64,000 bases of DNA from Candidatus Parcubacteria bacterium. GTDB taxonomy: Bacteria; Patescibacteriota; Patescibacteriia; Patescibacteriales; UBA12075. How positions within the stretch are numbered: the first letter of the stretch is position 1; each line of letters starts with the position of its first letter. Location of the stretch: NCBI GenBank assembly GCA_002869165.1, contig PKTK01000002.1, forward strand, positions 1,235-65,234, in the 5' to 3' direction. Under the pieces are notes generated by a model, which was not told the DNA's origin, ran no database searches, and worked only from the letters and a program-made list of their open reading frames with translations. Shown here piece by piece: positions 46,099-56,111 of this stretch. The translations under genes were made by a program, and so were the position numbers.

Positions 46099-46560
46099 TT
46101 AAACTCCCTCGTAAATATTAATGGTTTTACCTTTTGGTAATGTTACTACCGCTTTTTTCCAGTCTTTCCTTTTACCCATAGTTCTACCATATCTTACTTT
46201 TTTACCTAGAACAGTCACAATATTTACTGCAACTGGTCTGATGCCGTATACTTCTAAAACTGACTCGGCTATTTCAATTTTGTTAGCTTTTTTACTTACT
46301 GCAAAAACATATTTATGCTCCGCGCTCAAACTTGCTGCCTTTTCTGTGATCAATGGCTTAACCAATACTTTGTAAGCTTTTGTTTTTGAGCTGTTTTTTT
46401 CACCTTTCTTAATCACCTTTTTGTCATCCTTGTACAAGTCTTTGGTGGCTACTTTCTTGGTTTCTTCTTTCTTAGCTTCTTTTTTAGTAGCAGGTTTAGC
46501 TTTGCTTTGAGTTTTTGGCTCTTTTACGTCTTCTTTTGTATCTTTTTTAAACAAACCCAT
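46099..46560 (-). CDS. rplW: 50S ribosomal protein L23 with a Lys-rich N-terminal extension
   Basis: Core YKVLVKPLITEKA...YVFAVSKKANKIEI; 153 aa. Confidence 0.9.
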   Translation of the reverse strand: MGLFKKDTKEDVKEPKTQSKAKPATKKEAKKEETKKVATKDLYKDDKKVIKKGEKNSSKTKAYKVLVKPLITEKAASLSAEHKYVFAVSKKANKIEIAESVLEVYGIRPVAVNIVTVLGKKVRYGRTMGKRKDWKKAVVTLPKGKTINIYEGV

Positions 46561-46574
46561 ATGTTATTTTGCAA

Positions 46575-47237
46575 TTATTTTGTATAAATTTCTTGAATAC
46601 TGTCAACTGATTTCTCTGAAATAATTAGTACATTATATTTTAACAAATCAAGAATATTAATATTTTCTAAATTAATATATTTTACGCCTTCCAAATTTCT
46701 TAAAGAATATTTTGCCTTATCGTCCTTTTCTTCGTTAACTACTAGGAAACTTCTTTTTGGTTGCTTCTCTTCTTTTTTGTTAGTGATTTTTTCAAAGTTT
46801 TTAATAACTTCCAAAGCTTCTTTGGTTTTAAAATTCTCAATCTTCAAATCTTCAACAATCATTAAATTATCATTTTTAACAAAATCTGAAAGCACCATTG
46901 AAATTGCACTTCTTTTCATTTTTCTGTTAATATCTTTTTTAAAATTTCTTTCTTTAGTTGGTCCAAAAGTAATACCACCACCAATCCAAATAGGACTTCT
47001 GTTTGAGCCAACCCTAGCTCTACCTGTTCCTTTCTGTCTCCATGGTTTTCTGCCACCACCTCTTACTTCTGCTCTGCTTTTAGTATGAGCCAAAACCTGT
47101 CTTTCGTTTGAACTTTGAGCTACCATAGCTTGATGAACCAATGATTCATTAACTTCCATACCAAAAACTTTTTCATCAAGGTTTTTATCCTTAACTGCCT
47201 CTGCTTTTTGATTGTATACTTTAACTTTGATTGACAT
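46575..47237 (-). CDS. rplD: 50S ribosomal protein L4
   Basis: AHTKSRAEVRGGGRKPWRQKGTGRAR. Confidence 0.94.
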   Translation of the reverse strand: MSIKVKVYNQKAEAVKDKNLDEKVFGMEVNESLVHQAMVAQSSNERQVLAHTKSRAEVRGGGRKPWRQKGTGRARVGSNRSPIWIGGGITFGPTKERNFKKDINRKMKRSAISMVLSDFVKNDNLMIVEDLKIENFKTKEALEVIKNFEKITNKKEEKQPKRSFLVVNEEKDDKAKYSLRNLEGVKYINLENINILDLLKYNVLIISEKSVDSIQEIYTK

Positions 47238-47304
47238 GTATTTAATTGTTAAATTGCTTTATTGTTAAATTATTAACAATATAGTCATTTAACTTTTTGA
47301 CAAT

Positions 47305-48147
47305 TTATTTAGACTCTTCTTTCTTAGCATCTACTTTTTCTTTTGCTTCTATTACTTCTTTTTCCACTTCTTTAGGAGTGGTAGCCTCTTTTGCATCACG
47401 GGTAAGTGATTCATCCGCCGCACCAGAGGTGCTTTGGGCGGACTTATCTTTCTCTGCAATAGTCTCTTCTTTCTTTACTTCTTCTTTCTTTTCTTGTTTA
47501 GTGATTTTTAGTTCTCCTTCACCAGCAATTAACACAAGTCCATTTCTAGCACCAGGAATACCACCTTTAATATATAAAATATTATTTTCTTGATCTACTT
47601 GAACAATCTCTAATGTTCTCATAGTTACTTTGTCACCACCAGTTCTTCCACCCATTCTTGTGCCTTTGAACACGTGAGCTGGTCCAGTAGCGCCAATAGA
47701 ACCCGGCATTCTTGATTGATCTTTATTACCGTGTTGTTCGTTTGTTCCTTTGAAGCCATGTCTTTTAACAACACCTTGAAAACCTTTTCCTTTTGAAGTT
47801 CCGGTAATTTGAATCTTGTCACCAGCTTCAAAAGTATCAACTTTCACAACATTTCCTAATTCTATATCAGTATTAACCTCCTCTACTCTGAATTCTCTTA
47901 AATTATGTAACGTTGTTTTGTTATCTATGTTAACACCAGCTTTTTTCAAATGCATCTTTTGTGGCTTGTTTATATTCTTTGTCTTTCTCTCACCAAAGCC
48001 AAGTTGAACAGCATTATAACCATCTTTTTCCTCAGTCTTTAGTTGGGTAATTCGACATGGACCTGCTAAAACTTTAGTAACAGCAATCACTTGATCACCT
48101 TGCCAAATTTGAGTCATTTCTTGTTTTTTCCCTATGATAAATTTCAT
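47305..48147 (-). CDS. rplC: 50S ribosomal protein L3 with a C-terminal extension containing an in-frame repeat unit
   Basis: FKGTSKGKGFQGVVKRHGF core. The tail carries SAQSTSGAADESLTRDA, encoded by 47395-47444. Confidence 0.93.
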   Translation of the reverse strand: MKFIIGKKQEMTQIWQGDQVIAVTKVLAGPCRITQLKTEEKDGYNAVQLGFGERKTKNINKPQKMHLKKAGVNIDNKTTLHNLREFRVEEVNTDIELGNVVKVDTFEAGDKIQITGTSKGKGFQGVVKRHGFKGTNEQHGNKDQSRMPGSIGATGPAHVFKGTRMGGRTGGDKVTMRTLEIVQVDQENNILYIKGGIPGARNGLVLIAGEGELKITKQEKKEEVKKEETIAEKDKSAQSTSGAADESLTRDAKEATTPKEVEKEVIEAKEKVDAKKEESK

Positions 48148-48403
48148 AAAATTCTTTTAGAAAGGCTAGTTTTTAAAAACAAAAAACTGGAACCTTTAGG
48201 ACCCAGCCGACAATACAAAAGCCATATTTATGACTCTATTCTAAATATTTATTTAGATTAATATGAATGTCGATTATCTCCTAGTAAAAATTATTCTTTC
48301 CTTAAGCACTTTCGTTGTTAAACGAGTTACCAAAGACCAAAATAATTCCTTATTTTAATGATACTAGTATATACTATTTTCAAAAATAAATCAAGTCCCC
48401 TAG

Positions 48404-48525
48404 CTAATTACTAATCATTTACAAATTTACTAATATTTTTACCTAATATTAGTTAATTTAAAAACAAAATCTGTAGTGAACAAAATTAATCAGAATTAGT
48501 AAATTCGTAATTAATTAGTAATTAG
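48404..48525. repeat. operon-spacer long hairpin element, family A-like
   Basis: 31-nt arms ctaattactaatcatttacaaatttactaat (48404-48434) and attagtaaattcgtaattaattagtaattag (48495-48525), inside the 386-bp rpsJ-rplC spacer. Confidence 0.7.
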
Positions 48526-48533
48526 TTTAGTTT

Positions 48534-48887
48534 CTACATTTTAATTTCCACATCAACTCCTGCTGGAAGACTAAGGTTGGTTAGTTCTTCAACGGTTTTT
48601 GCTGTTGGTTCAACAATATCAACTAATCTCTTATGAGTTCTCATCTCATATTGATCTTTAGCTGATTTGTGAACAAATGTAGAACGATTTACTGTATATT
48701 TCTTCTTCTCTGTTGGAAGCGGAATAGGACCAAAAACTTGAGCACAGCTTCTTTGAGCAGTGTCAATAATAGTTTTTGTTGATTGATCAATAATCTTGTG
48801 ATCAAAAGCTTTGATTTTGATACGAATCTTTTGACCAACTGTTCCACTTTCATTTTTTTCTTCTTTTTTTGCTTTTTTCTCTACCAT
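48534..48887 (-). CDS. rpsJ: 30S ribosomal protein S10 (short Lys/Glu-rich N-terminal extension)
   Basis: [16 protein letters not shown]...[12 protein letters not shown]. Confidence 0.94.
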   Translation of the reverse strand: MVEKKAKKEEKNESGTVGQKIRIKIKAFDHKIIDQSTKTIIDTAQRSCAQVFGPIPLPTEKKKYTVNRSTFVHKSAKDQYEMRTHKRLVDIVEPTAKTVEELTNLSLPAGVDVEIKM

Positions 48888-48939
48888 TTGAATAATTATA
48901 ATGCGAACCTACAAACAATTTGTAGATCAGAATAATATT

Positions 48940-48983
48940 TAATAAATAAGCACAACAAAGTCGCTCAAACAAAGTGAGCGACT
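48940..48983 (-). terminator. terminator-like hairpin after tuf
   Basis: agtcgctca / tgagcgact stem followed by a moderately T-rich tract on the minus strand. Confidence 0.45.
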
Positions 48984-48991
48984 CTATGTGA

Positions 48992-50179
48992 TTATTTCAA
49001 AATCTTTGTTACAACACCAGCGCCAACTGTTCTTCCGCCTTCACGAATAGCAAATCTTTGCTTTTCTTCCAAAGCAATTGGAGCAATTAGTTTAACTGTC
49101 AATGGAACAGTATCACCAGGCATAACCATTTCAGTTCCTTCGGCTAATTCTACTTCACCAGTAACATCTGTTGTTCTGATATAAAATTGTGGTTTATAAC
49201 CTTTGAAAAATGGTTTGTGACGACCACCTTCTTCTTTGCTTAGTACATATACCTCAGTCTCGAACTCAGTATGAGGAGTAACGGTTCCTGGTTTTGCTAG
49301 AACCTGACCTCTCTCAACGTCAGTTTTCTTCATACCACGAAGAAGAACACCTGCATTATCACCACACATACCTTCATCAAGTTGTTTGTTAAACATCTCG
49401 ATTCCAGTTACTACTGTTTTTTGAGTATCTTTCAAACCAACAATTTCGATTTCTTCATTTAATTTAACAACACCTCTTTCAATTCTTCCTGTTACAACAG
49501 TACCACGTCCTTCAATTGAAAATACATCTTCAATAGGAAGTAAGAATGGTTGGTCAACGTCTCTTTCTGGTTCTGGAATAGAAGAATCAAGAGCATCCAT
49601 CAACTCCATAATAGCATCTCCAGCTTCTGTATCTGGAGCTTCAAGAGCTTTTAGAGCTGAACCTCTGATGATTTTAATATTATCACCATCAAATTCGTAC
49701 TTTTTAAGTAGATCTCTTACTTCTTCTTCAACAAGATCAATAAGTTCTTTGTCCTCAACCATGTCACATTTATTTAAAAATACAACCATGTTAGGCACAC
49801 CAACTTGTCTTGCTAATAGAATGTGCTCTCTTGTTTGAGGCATAGGACCATCAGTAGCAGCTACTACCAAAATAGCACCATCCATTTGTGCAGCACCAGT
49901 GATCATATTTTTAACATAATCAGCGTGGCCTGGACAGTCAACGTGAGCATAGTGTCTATTGTCTGTTTCGTACTCAACATGAGCTGTAGCAATAGTAATA
50001 CCACGTTCTTTTTCTTCATGAGCTGCGTCAATTTGGTCAAGCTCCTTATTGGAAGCTGTTTTACCTTTTGCGATTAACACCTTTAGAATTGCAGCGGTTA
50101 AAGTAGTTTTACCGTGATCTACGTGACCAATAGTACCTACGTTAACATGCGGTTTATTTCTTTCAAATTTTTCTGCCAT
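48992..50179 (-). CDS. tuf: elongation factor Tu
   Basis: [19 protein letters not shown], full length 395 aa. Confidence 0.97.
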   Translation of the reverse strand: MAEKFERNKPHVNVGTIGHVDHGKTTLTAAILKVLIAKGKTASNKELDQIDAAHEEKERGITIATAHVEYETDNRHYAHVDCPGHADYVKNMITGAAQMDGAILVVAATDGPMPQTREHILLARQVGVPNMVVFLNKCDMVEDKELIDLVEEEVRDLLKKYEFDGDNIKIIRGSALKALEAPDTEAGDAIMELMDALDSSIPEPERDVDQPFLLPIEDVFSIEGRGTVVTGRIERGVVKLNEEIEIVGLKDTQKTVVTGIEMFNKQLDEGMCGDNAGVLLRGMKKTDVERGQVLAKPGTVTPHTEFETEVYVLSKEEGGRHKPFFKGYKPQFYIRTTDVTGEVELAEGTEMVMPGDTVPLTVKLIAPIALEEKQRFAIREGGRTVGAGVVTKILK

Positions 50180-50312
50180 GTTTTTTAGCCTGTACGACCC
50201 TTAAGTCATCTATAGTTTGACTCAAGGTTTCTACCCCTTTAAAAAGGGAACCAGTCGTATTTTTTTAAATTAATTATTAAATTTAGTTTATAATAAGCTT
50301 ATTAAACTACTA

Positions 50313-50864
50313 TTAATCTTCAACTTCTTCCAAATAATACCTGTCCTCTTCTATTATCTCTTCAGCGTTCTTTTTTCTATCACCTGGAATTGCCCAGTTC
50401 TTTTTCTTCTTATTTTTTTTAATAAATTGTTCTTTTTCTCTTGCTATAGTTGAAAAACTGTGCCAATCATTATCTTCTTCATCTCCCTCCTCCTCTTCAT
50501 CATCGAATAATTCTTCTAATTCAATATCATCATACTCCTTAGACATATATGGATCATCTAAATCACCATAATAATCATCATCTGACAAATTTTTAACTTC
50601 ATTTTCTGCTATTATTTTATCTAAGCTTAGCTGATTTTCATCTATTTCTTGGTCACTTTTCCAAATTGCAATATCGCGATTTATTTTATCAGCCAACTCC
50701 TCTTCTGTCAAGCCTCTCACCGGAGACCTTCCCACCACTATCTTCTCATATTCATCTACACTCATAACAACAAATGGATCATTTTGTCCACTTTGATCAA
50801 AAGCTATAATTCTATCACCTGTCTTCCTTGATAAATCTATTAATTTTTGCAATTTATTATCCAT
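50313..50864 (-). CDS. hypothetical acidic protein inserted between fusA and tuf
   Basis: 183 aa with a D/E-rich centre. The N-terminal PFVVMSVDEYEKI faintly resembles Phd/YefM-type antitoxin N-termini (weak). Confidence 0.5.
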   Translation of the reverse strand: MDNKLQKLIDLSRKTGDRIIAFDQSGQNDPFVVMSVDEYEKIVVGRSPVRGLTEEELADKINRDIAIWKSDQEIDENQLSLDKIIAENEVKNLSDDDYYGDLDDPYMSKEYDDIELEELFDDEEEEGDEEDNDWHSFSTIAREKEQFIKKNKKKKNWAIPGDRKKNAEEIIEEDRYYLEEVED

Positions 50865-50899
50865 GTGTGTGATTTATTTATTATATAGTGAATATTGGC

Positions 50900-50993
50900 C
50901 TACGAAAATACAAATCAATACGAATTTACAAATCGGATAATTACGAACATTATAAAATTATTCGTAAATTTGTATTAATTTGTATTTTCGCAG
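50900..50993. repeat. operon-spacer hairpin element, family A-like (TACGAAA / TACAAAT words)
   Basis: 33-nt arms at 50900-50932 and 50961-50993. I count 29 of 33 positions complementary. Confidence 0.7.
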
Positions 50994-51015
50994 ACTTTTC
51001 CGTAAAAAAATCCGG

Positions 51016-53091
51016 TTATTTCTTCTCTGCAGTAATTTTTTCAGCAATATTTTTTGGTACTTCTGAATAATGTAAAAATTCCATAGTATAATTTGCTCTA
51101 CCTTGAGACATACTTCGTAGCTGTGTAGCGTAACCAAACATTTCAGATAATGGAACACTGGCATTTACCACCTTTGCATTTGCTCTATCTTCCATTTGTC
51201 CAATTTGACCACGTTTCGAATTCAAGTCTCCAACAATACTTCCCATATATTCTTCAGGGGTAACAACTTCAACTTTCATGATTGGTTCAAGTAGAACTGC
51301 ATTTGCTTTTCTACAAGCTTCTTTAAAACCAAAGATTGCTGCCATTTTAAAAGCTGATTCAGAAGAGTCAACTTCATGATATGAACCATCATATACTGCA
51401 ACTTTAACATCTACCATAGGAAAACCAGCAATAACACCAGAATCCATAGCCTCTTTAATACCTTTTTCTATCGCTGGAACATAATCAGCTGGAACAACAC
51501 CACCTTTGATCTCGTTTAAAAATTCAAAGCCAGCACCTTCTTCTTGTGGTTAAACTCTAAGCCAACAATGACCGTATTGTCCCCTGCCCCCTGATTGCTT
51601 GATGTATTTACCTTCTGCTTCAGCTGTTTGTCTGATTGTTTCTCTGTATGATACTTGAGGCTGACCGATATTAGCTTCTACCTTAAACTCTCTTTTCATA
51701 CGATCAATAATAACATCCAAATGAAGTTCTCCCATACCTGAAATCAAAGTTTGATTTGTTTCCTCATCAGTTTCTACTCTAAATGTTGGGTCTTCTTCAG
51801 CAAGTTTTTGCAAAGCAAGTCCCATTTTTTCTTGGTCTGCTTTTGTTTTAGGTTCAACCGCAATCTTAATAACAGGCTCTGGAAAAGTAATTGACTCCAT
51901 CAAAAGCTTTCTTGATTCATCACAAAGAGTATTACCAGTCACTGTTCCTTTTAGACCAATTACAGCAGCAATATCACCTGCATACACTTCACTAACTTCC
52001 TCTCTGTGATTGGCATGCATTCTTACAAGTCTTCCAATTCTTTCTTTGTTTCCACTTGAAGTGTTGTATACATATGAACCAGATTTTAATACTCCAGAAT
52101 AAACTCTCACAAAACAAAGTTTACCAACAAATGGATCAGTGGCAATCTTAAAAGCAAGTCCAGCAAAAGCTTCATTATCACTTGCTTTAACTGGGATCTC
52201 TTTTGTCTCATCATTTATATCCAAACCAACTAGCTCTTTTACGTCTAGTGGAGATGGAAGATAGGCAATCACAGCATCAAGCGCATGTTGTACGCCGATA
52301 TTCTTAAGAGCAGATCCTGCCATAACTGGAAAAAGTTGAGTTGCTAATACTCCCTTTCTGATAGCTCCTTTTAATTCTTCTACAGTAATTTCCTGTCCAT
52401 CAAGATATTTTTCGGTCAAAGCATCGTCAACTTCTACCACTCTTTCAATCATTTCATTTCTTAATTCTTCACATTTTGCTTTAATGTCTTCAGGAATGTC
52501 AATTTCTACTATTTGCTCACCATGCATTCCTTCAAATTTGTAAGCCTTCATAAGAATAAGATCAACAATACCACTTAGGTTGTCTTCAGCGCCAATTGGA
52601 AATTGGATAGCTACAGCGTTTGGATTCAATCTATCTCTGATTGATTTAAGTGACATATCAAAATCACCACCTAGCTTATCCATCTTATTTACAAAACAAA
52701 GTCTAGGAACATTATATTTATCAGCTTGTCTCCAAACTGTTTCAGACTGAGGTTCAACACCAGCAGCACCATCAAATACTGCTACCGCACCATCAAGCAC
52801 ACGTAAAGAACGCTCTACTTCTACAGTAAAGTCAACGTGACCTGGAGTATCAATAATATTTAAACGATGATCTTTCCAAAAGGCTGTAGTAGCAGCTGAA
52901 GTGATAGTAATACCTCTTTCTTTTTCCTGCTCCATCCAATCCATATCAGACTCACCATCATGAGTTTCTCCAATTTTATGTTTTTTACCAGTGTAAAAAA
53001 GTACCCGTTCAGTAAATGTGGTCTTCCCCGCATCAATGTGAGCCATGATACCTATATTTCTGGTTTTTTCAAGTGAATATTCTCTAGACAT
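51016..53091 (-). pseudogene. fusA: elongation factor G interrupted by a single in-frame TAA (51550-51552); otherwise full length and colinear
   Basis: [18 protein letters not shown], ...[46 protein letters not shown]... Both track ORFs (51550..53091 and 51016..51447) are in the same frame (105-nt offset). The 'pseudogene' call is only the literal code-11 reading. Confidence 0.85.
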
Positions 53092-53194
53092 ACTTATTTT
53101 AATTTTTTAATTTTTAATTTTCAATTTTGTAAACAATTTTCAATGTTTCAATTTTGAAATTTAAAAAACTTATTCTATTAATTTATATAAATTT

Positions 53195-53716
53195 TTATTC
53201 GTTTTCTTCTTCGAATTTTACAAATCTTTCAATTAAGTCGGTGCCTTCTTCGTCAGTTACTGCTACATAGCCCTCTTTGGTACTACTAAATTCGAAGTAT
53301 AGGGTTACAGAATATTTATTATCTCTTACCTTAACTTCTTCTCCCACTAAAGGAGTTTTGTCGCTCTTTCTTAATTCAACAAACACACTTTCCTTTTCTT
53401 GATCAACTGTTCCTTCTATTTTAAGTGGACTACTAACAACACTATCTTCTTCAATGTTAATAGTTAATGACTTGTTTACTGTTTCGCTGTTTTCTCCATC
53501 AATGATCTTATCAATGACTTCTTGATCTTGTTTTGTCTGCAAATTAATATCTTCAATCGCCTGCTTTGCTCCTTCATAATCTTCAGTTAACTCAACTGGA
53601 GTTTTTTTTGAAAAAAAAGAGCCACCATAGACAAGGAATGCTATTAGTAATACTACTACTAATAACCCTATCAGTGCGGCATAACCTTTTTTGTTATCTA
53701 AAAGTGTAAACATCAT
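53195..53716 (-). CDS. membrane-anchored hypothetical protein inserted between rpsG and fusA
   Basis: N-terminal TM helix (AALIGLLVVVLLIAFLVYGG), then a beta-rich ectodomain. Confidence 0.55.
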   Translation of the reverse strand: MMFTLLDNKKGYAALIGLLVVVLLIAFLVYGGSFFSKKTPVELTEDYEGAKQAIEDINLQTKQDQEVIDKIIDGENSETVNKSLTINIEEDSVVSSPLKIEGTVDQEKESVFVELRKSDKTPLVGEEVKVRDNKYSVTLYFEFSSTKEGYVAVTDEEGTDLIERFVKFEEENE

Positions 53717-53791
53717 ATTAGCTTTTAGGTATTAGCTTTTAGCTTTTAGGGCTTTCCTACAAGCTAGAAGCTAAAAGCTAGTAGCTAGGAT
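53717..53791. repeat. operon-spacer inverted word repeat (TAGCTTTTAG words)
   Basis: tagcttttaggtattagcttttagcttttagg faces ctacaagctagaagctaaaagctagtagcta. Confidence 0.55.
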
Positions 53792-54259
53792 CTACCTAGC
53801 AAAGTGAGCAAATGCTTTATTTGATTCAGCCATTTTATGTACCATTTCTTTCTTTCTTACAGCATTTCCTTCTCCGGTTGAAGCAGCGGTAATTTCTGAA
53901 GCTAAACGTTCAGCCATTGATTTTCCTTTCTTATCTCTAGCTGCTTCGATAAGCCAACGACACCCAAGAGTAAATCTTCTCTCACCTCTAACTTGGTAAG
54001 GAATTTGATAGTTAGCTCCACCGATTCTTCTACCTCTAACTTCTAGTAACGGAGAAACTTTCTTAAGTGCTTTATTAAAAACGTGTCTTGGATCTTGTTT
54101 GGTTTGTTTCTTGATAATATCAAAAGCTGAATACACAATTCCTTGAGCAATCCCTTTTTTACCATCAACCATGATATAATTTATAAATTTTGAAATATCA
54201 GTATCATTATATCTGATATCTCCTTCGATTTTTCTTTTTGGAGCTCTTTTTCCCCTCAT
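53792..54259 (-). CDS. rpsG: 30S ribosomal protein S7
   Basis: MRGKRAPKR...VEVRGRRIGGANYQIP. Confidence 0.95.
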   Translation of the reverse strand: MRGKRAPKRKIEGDIRYNDTDISKFINYIMVDGKKGIAQGIVYSAFDIIKKQTKQDPRHVFNKALKKVSPLLEVRGRRIGGANYQIPYQVRGERRFTLGCRWLIEAARDKKGKSMAERLASEITAASTGEGNAVRKKEMVHKMAESNKAFAHFAR

Positions 54260-54431
54260 AATGTTTTCTTCAACTTAGCCGGAGCATTCTTAACGCAATC
54301 ACCTGACACTAAGCTTACTCATTATTTTTCTTAAACTTTTTAATTTCTAATTTTATAATTTTCTATGTTTACAAATTTATTTATTTGTGTAATTTAAAAT
54401 TGTTTACAAATTATAAATTACTACTTATAAA

Positions 54432-54860
54432 TTAATTTGCTGTTGCTTTTTCTTTCTTTGCTCCATACATACTTCTAGAATTCTTTCTGTCAGCCACGCC
54501 TTGAGTGTCATAAACACCTCTTACTACTTTATATCTTACACCTGGAAGATCAGCTGTTCTACCTGCTTTAAGCATCACAATAGAGTGTTCTTGTAAATTA
54601 TGCCCTACACCTGGGATATAAGCGGTTACTTCCATTCCATTTGAAAGTCTAACTCTTGCAATTTTTCGAAGAGCTGAGTTAGGTTTCTTTGGAGTAGTTG
54701 TAGTCACCTTCAAACAAACCCCTCTTTTAAAAGGTGCTCCTTTTCTTAGTGTTGTTCTTTTTCTGTGTAAGGTATCTAGGGTAGTTTGCAATGCAGCGTA
54801 TTTAACTTTCTTTTTCTTGGAAACGCGCCCTTTTCTTACCAATTGGTTAATAGTATGCAT
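54432..54860 (-). CDS. rpsL: 30S ribosomal protein S12
   Basis: [10 protein letters not shown]...[10 protein letters not shown]...GHNLQEHS. Confidence 0.96.
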   Translation of the reverse strand: MHTINQLVRKGRVSKKKKVKYAALQTTLDTLHRKRTTLRKGAPFKRGVCLKVTTTTPKKPNSALRKIARVRLSNGMEVTAYIPGVGHNLQEHSIVMLKAGRTADLPGVRYKVVRGVYDTQGVADRKNSRSMYGAKKEKATAN

Positions 54861-54950
54861 AATTATTTTAGTATTATATTTCAGTTTAAAAAATACTGAA
54901 TTAAATTTATTAATAAAACAAACCCGTTAAAACCGGGTAAATGCTTTTTT

Positions 54951-54979
54951 AATTTAGCAAAATACAAGAAATAAGTCAA
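54951..54979 (-). promoter_or_regulatory. candidate sigma70-like promoter of the ribosomal super-operon
   Basis: Minus strand reads TTGACT, a 17-nt spacer, then TAAATT, about 90 nt upstream of rpsL. Confidence 0.4.
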
Positions 54980-54995
54980 GAGCCATAACAAATTT

Positions 54996-55028
54996 TTAAT
55001 TTATAATTTATAATTTATAATTTATAAA
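54996..55028. repeat. short tandem heptamer repeat (TTATAAT x3-4)
   Basis: Read directly: ttataat ttataat ttataat ttataaa. Confidence 0.6.
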
Positions 55029-55123
55029 ATAAAAAATAATATTTTATCCTAAAATTAGCTATTTTTAGACAAAACACACCTAATCAACTTTAAAAATATT
55101 TATTTTAGTATTAAACTAAAAAT

Positions 55124-55321
55124 ATGCGTTTTATAATTCTTACAATTTTACTTTTTCTTTTCCTGGGAACGAACTTTCTTTCACTGATCTTTAATACTTC
55201 GGTTAGCGCTACTGAATTTAAACCAAGCGATTTTAAGAATGAATTAAGTGACTTTTCTATATCAATTGGCGAAAACCGAGAAGATGGACGATATATAAAA
55301 TTTAAATACGAGTATAAATAA
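55124..55321 (+). CDS. small secreted hypothetical protein
   Basis: 65 aa with a signal-peptide-like N-terminus (MRFIILTILLFLFLGTNFLSLIFNTSVSA). A terminator hairpin follows directly. Confidence 0.5.
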   Translation: MRFIILTILLFLFLGTNFLSLIFNTSVSATEFKPSDFKNELSDFSISIGENREDGRYIKFKYEYK

Positions 55322-55361
55322 AAACAGAGCCTAGCCCTGTTTTTATTTTTATATAAAAATC

Positions 55362-55973
55362 TTAAGTAATTCCTGTTATTAACGAAAATAAAATATAAAT
55401 TATTGGTAGTATCAATCTAAATCCTACTGCAATAAAGATAAATACCAAAAACATGCCGTATTGTTCAAATATTAGTAATTTTTCCTGAATACTTATTGGT
55501 AAAAATGGCATAATGACCTTTGAGCCATCAAGTGGTGGAATTGGTACCAAATTAAATACCATTAGCAATAAATTAACAAAAACAATTATTTGCATCATGT
55601 AGACCATGTCTGTATTCGCAAAAGGAACGAATCTAATCAGTAACCCAATAATTATAGCAACAGCTAAATTAGCCATAGGACCAGCCACAGCCACCTTAGC
55701 ACCTCCATACTTTTTATCACGTAAATTATACGGATTAAAAGGAACTGGTTTTGCCCAGCCAAACACAAAAGGAGCGCCTGTAGTAATTAAAATGAAAGGT
55801 AATAAAATAGAACCAATTGGATAAATATGCGGAATTGGATTTAAAGTCAATCTACCTAAGTCTTTTGCGGTAGTATCGCCCAACCTATCAGCCATCCAGC
55901 CATGCATATATTCATGAATGATCGCTGAAAAGATCAATACAATTACCTGAAATATTGCTATATTCATTGTCAT
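55362..55973 (-). CDS. site-2 protease family (M50) zinc metalloprotease
   Basis: HEYMHG (HExxH) in a TM helix and a later PIPPLDGS motif. Confidence 0.8.
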   Translation of the reverse strand: MTMNIAIFQVIVLIFSAIIHEYMHGWMADRLGDTTAKDLGRLTLNPIPHIYPIGSILLPFILITTGAPFVFGWAKPVPFNPYNLRDKKYGGAKVAVAGPMANLAVAIIIGLLIRFVPFANTDMVYMMQIIVFVNLLLMVFNLVPIPPLDGSKVIMPFLPISIQEKLLIFEQYGMFLVFIFIAVGFRLILPIIYILFSLITGIT

Positions 55974-56111
55974 AATTTTATCTTTTCTTCCTAGTCTTGC
56001 ATTTATTACGCAAACATGTTATGGTTAATTTCGAAATAAATATATTATCTAAATAGGTGCAAAAGGTCATCTTTTTATTTTTTTTATAAAACCTAAGCAC
56101 TAAAAAATATT

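Noticed and set aside
51550-51552. Global reassignment of TAA to a sense codon
   Set aside because: TAA is the stop of most genes here (tyrS, uvrC, glyQS, the HK, GT and others), often followed within 5-15 nt by an intrinsic terminator, so it clearly terminates translation in general.
39547-54431. CRISPR array interpretation of the repetitive operon spacers
   Set aside because: The repeats are inverted arms and short tandem words lying between essential genes. They are not regularly spaced identical direct repeats with unique spacers, and there are no cas genes.
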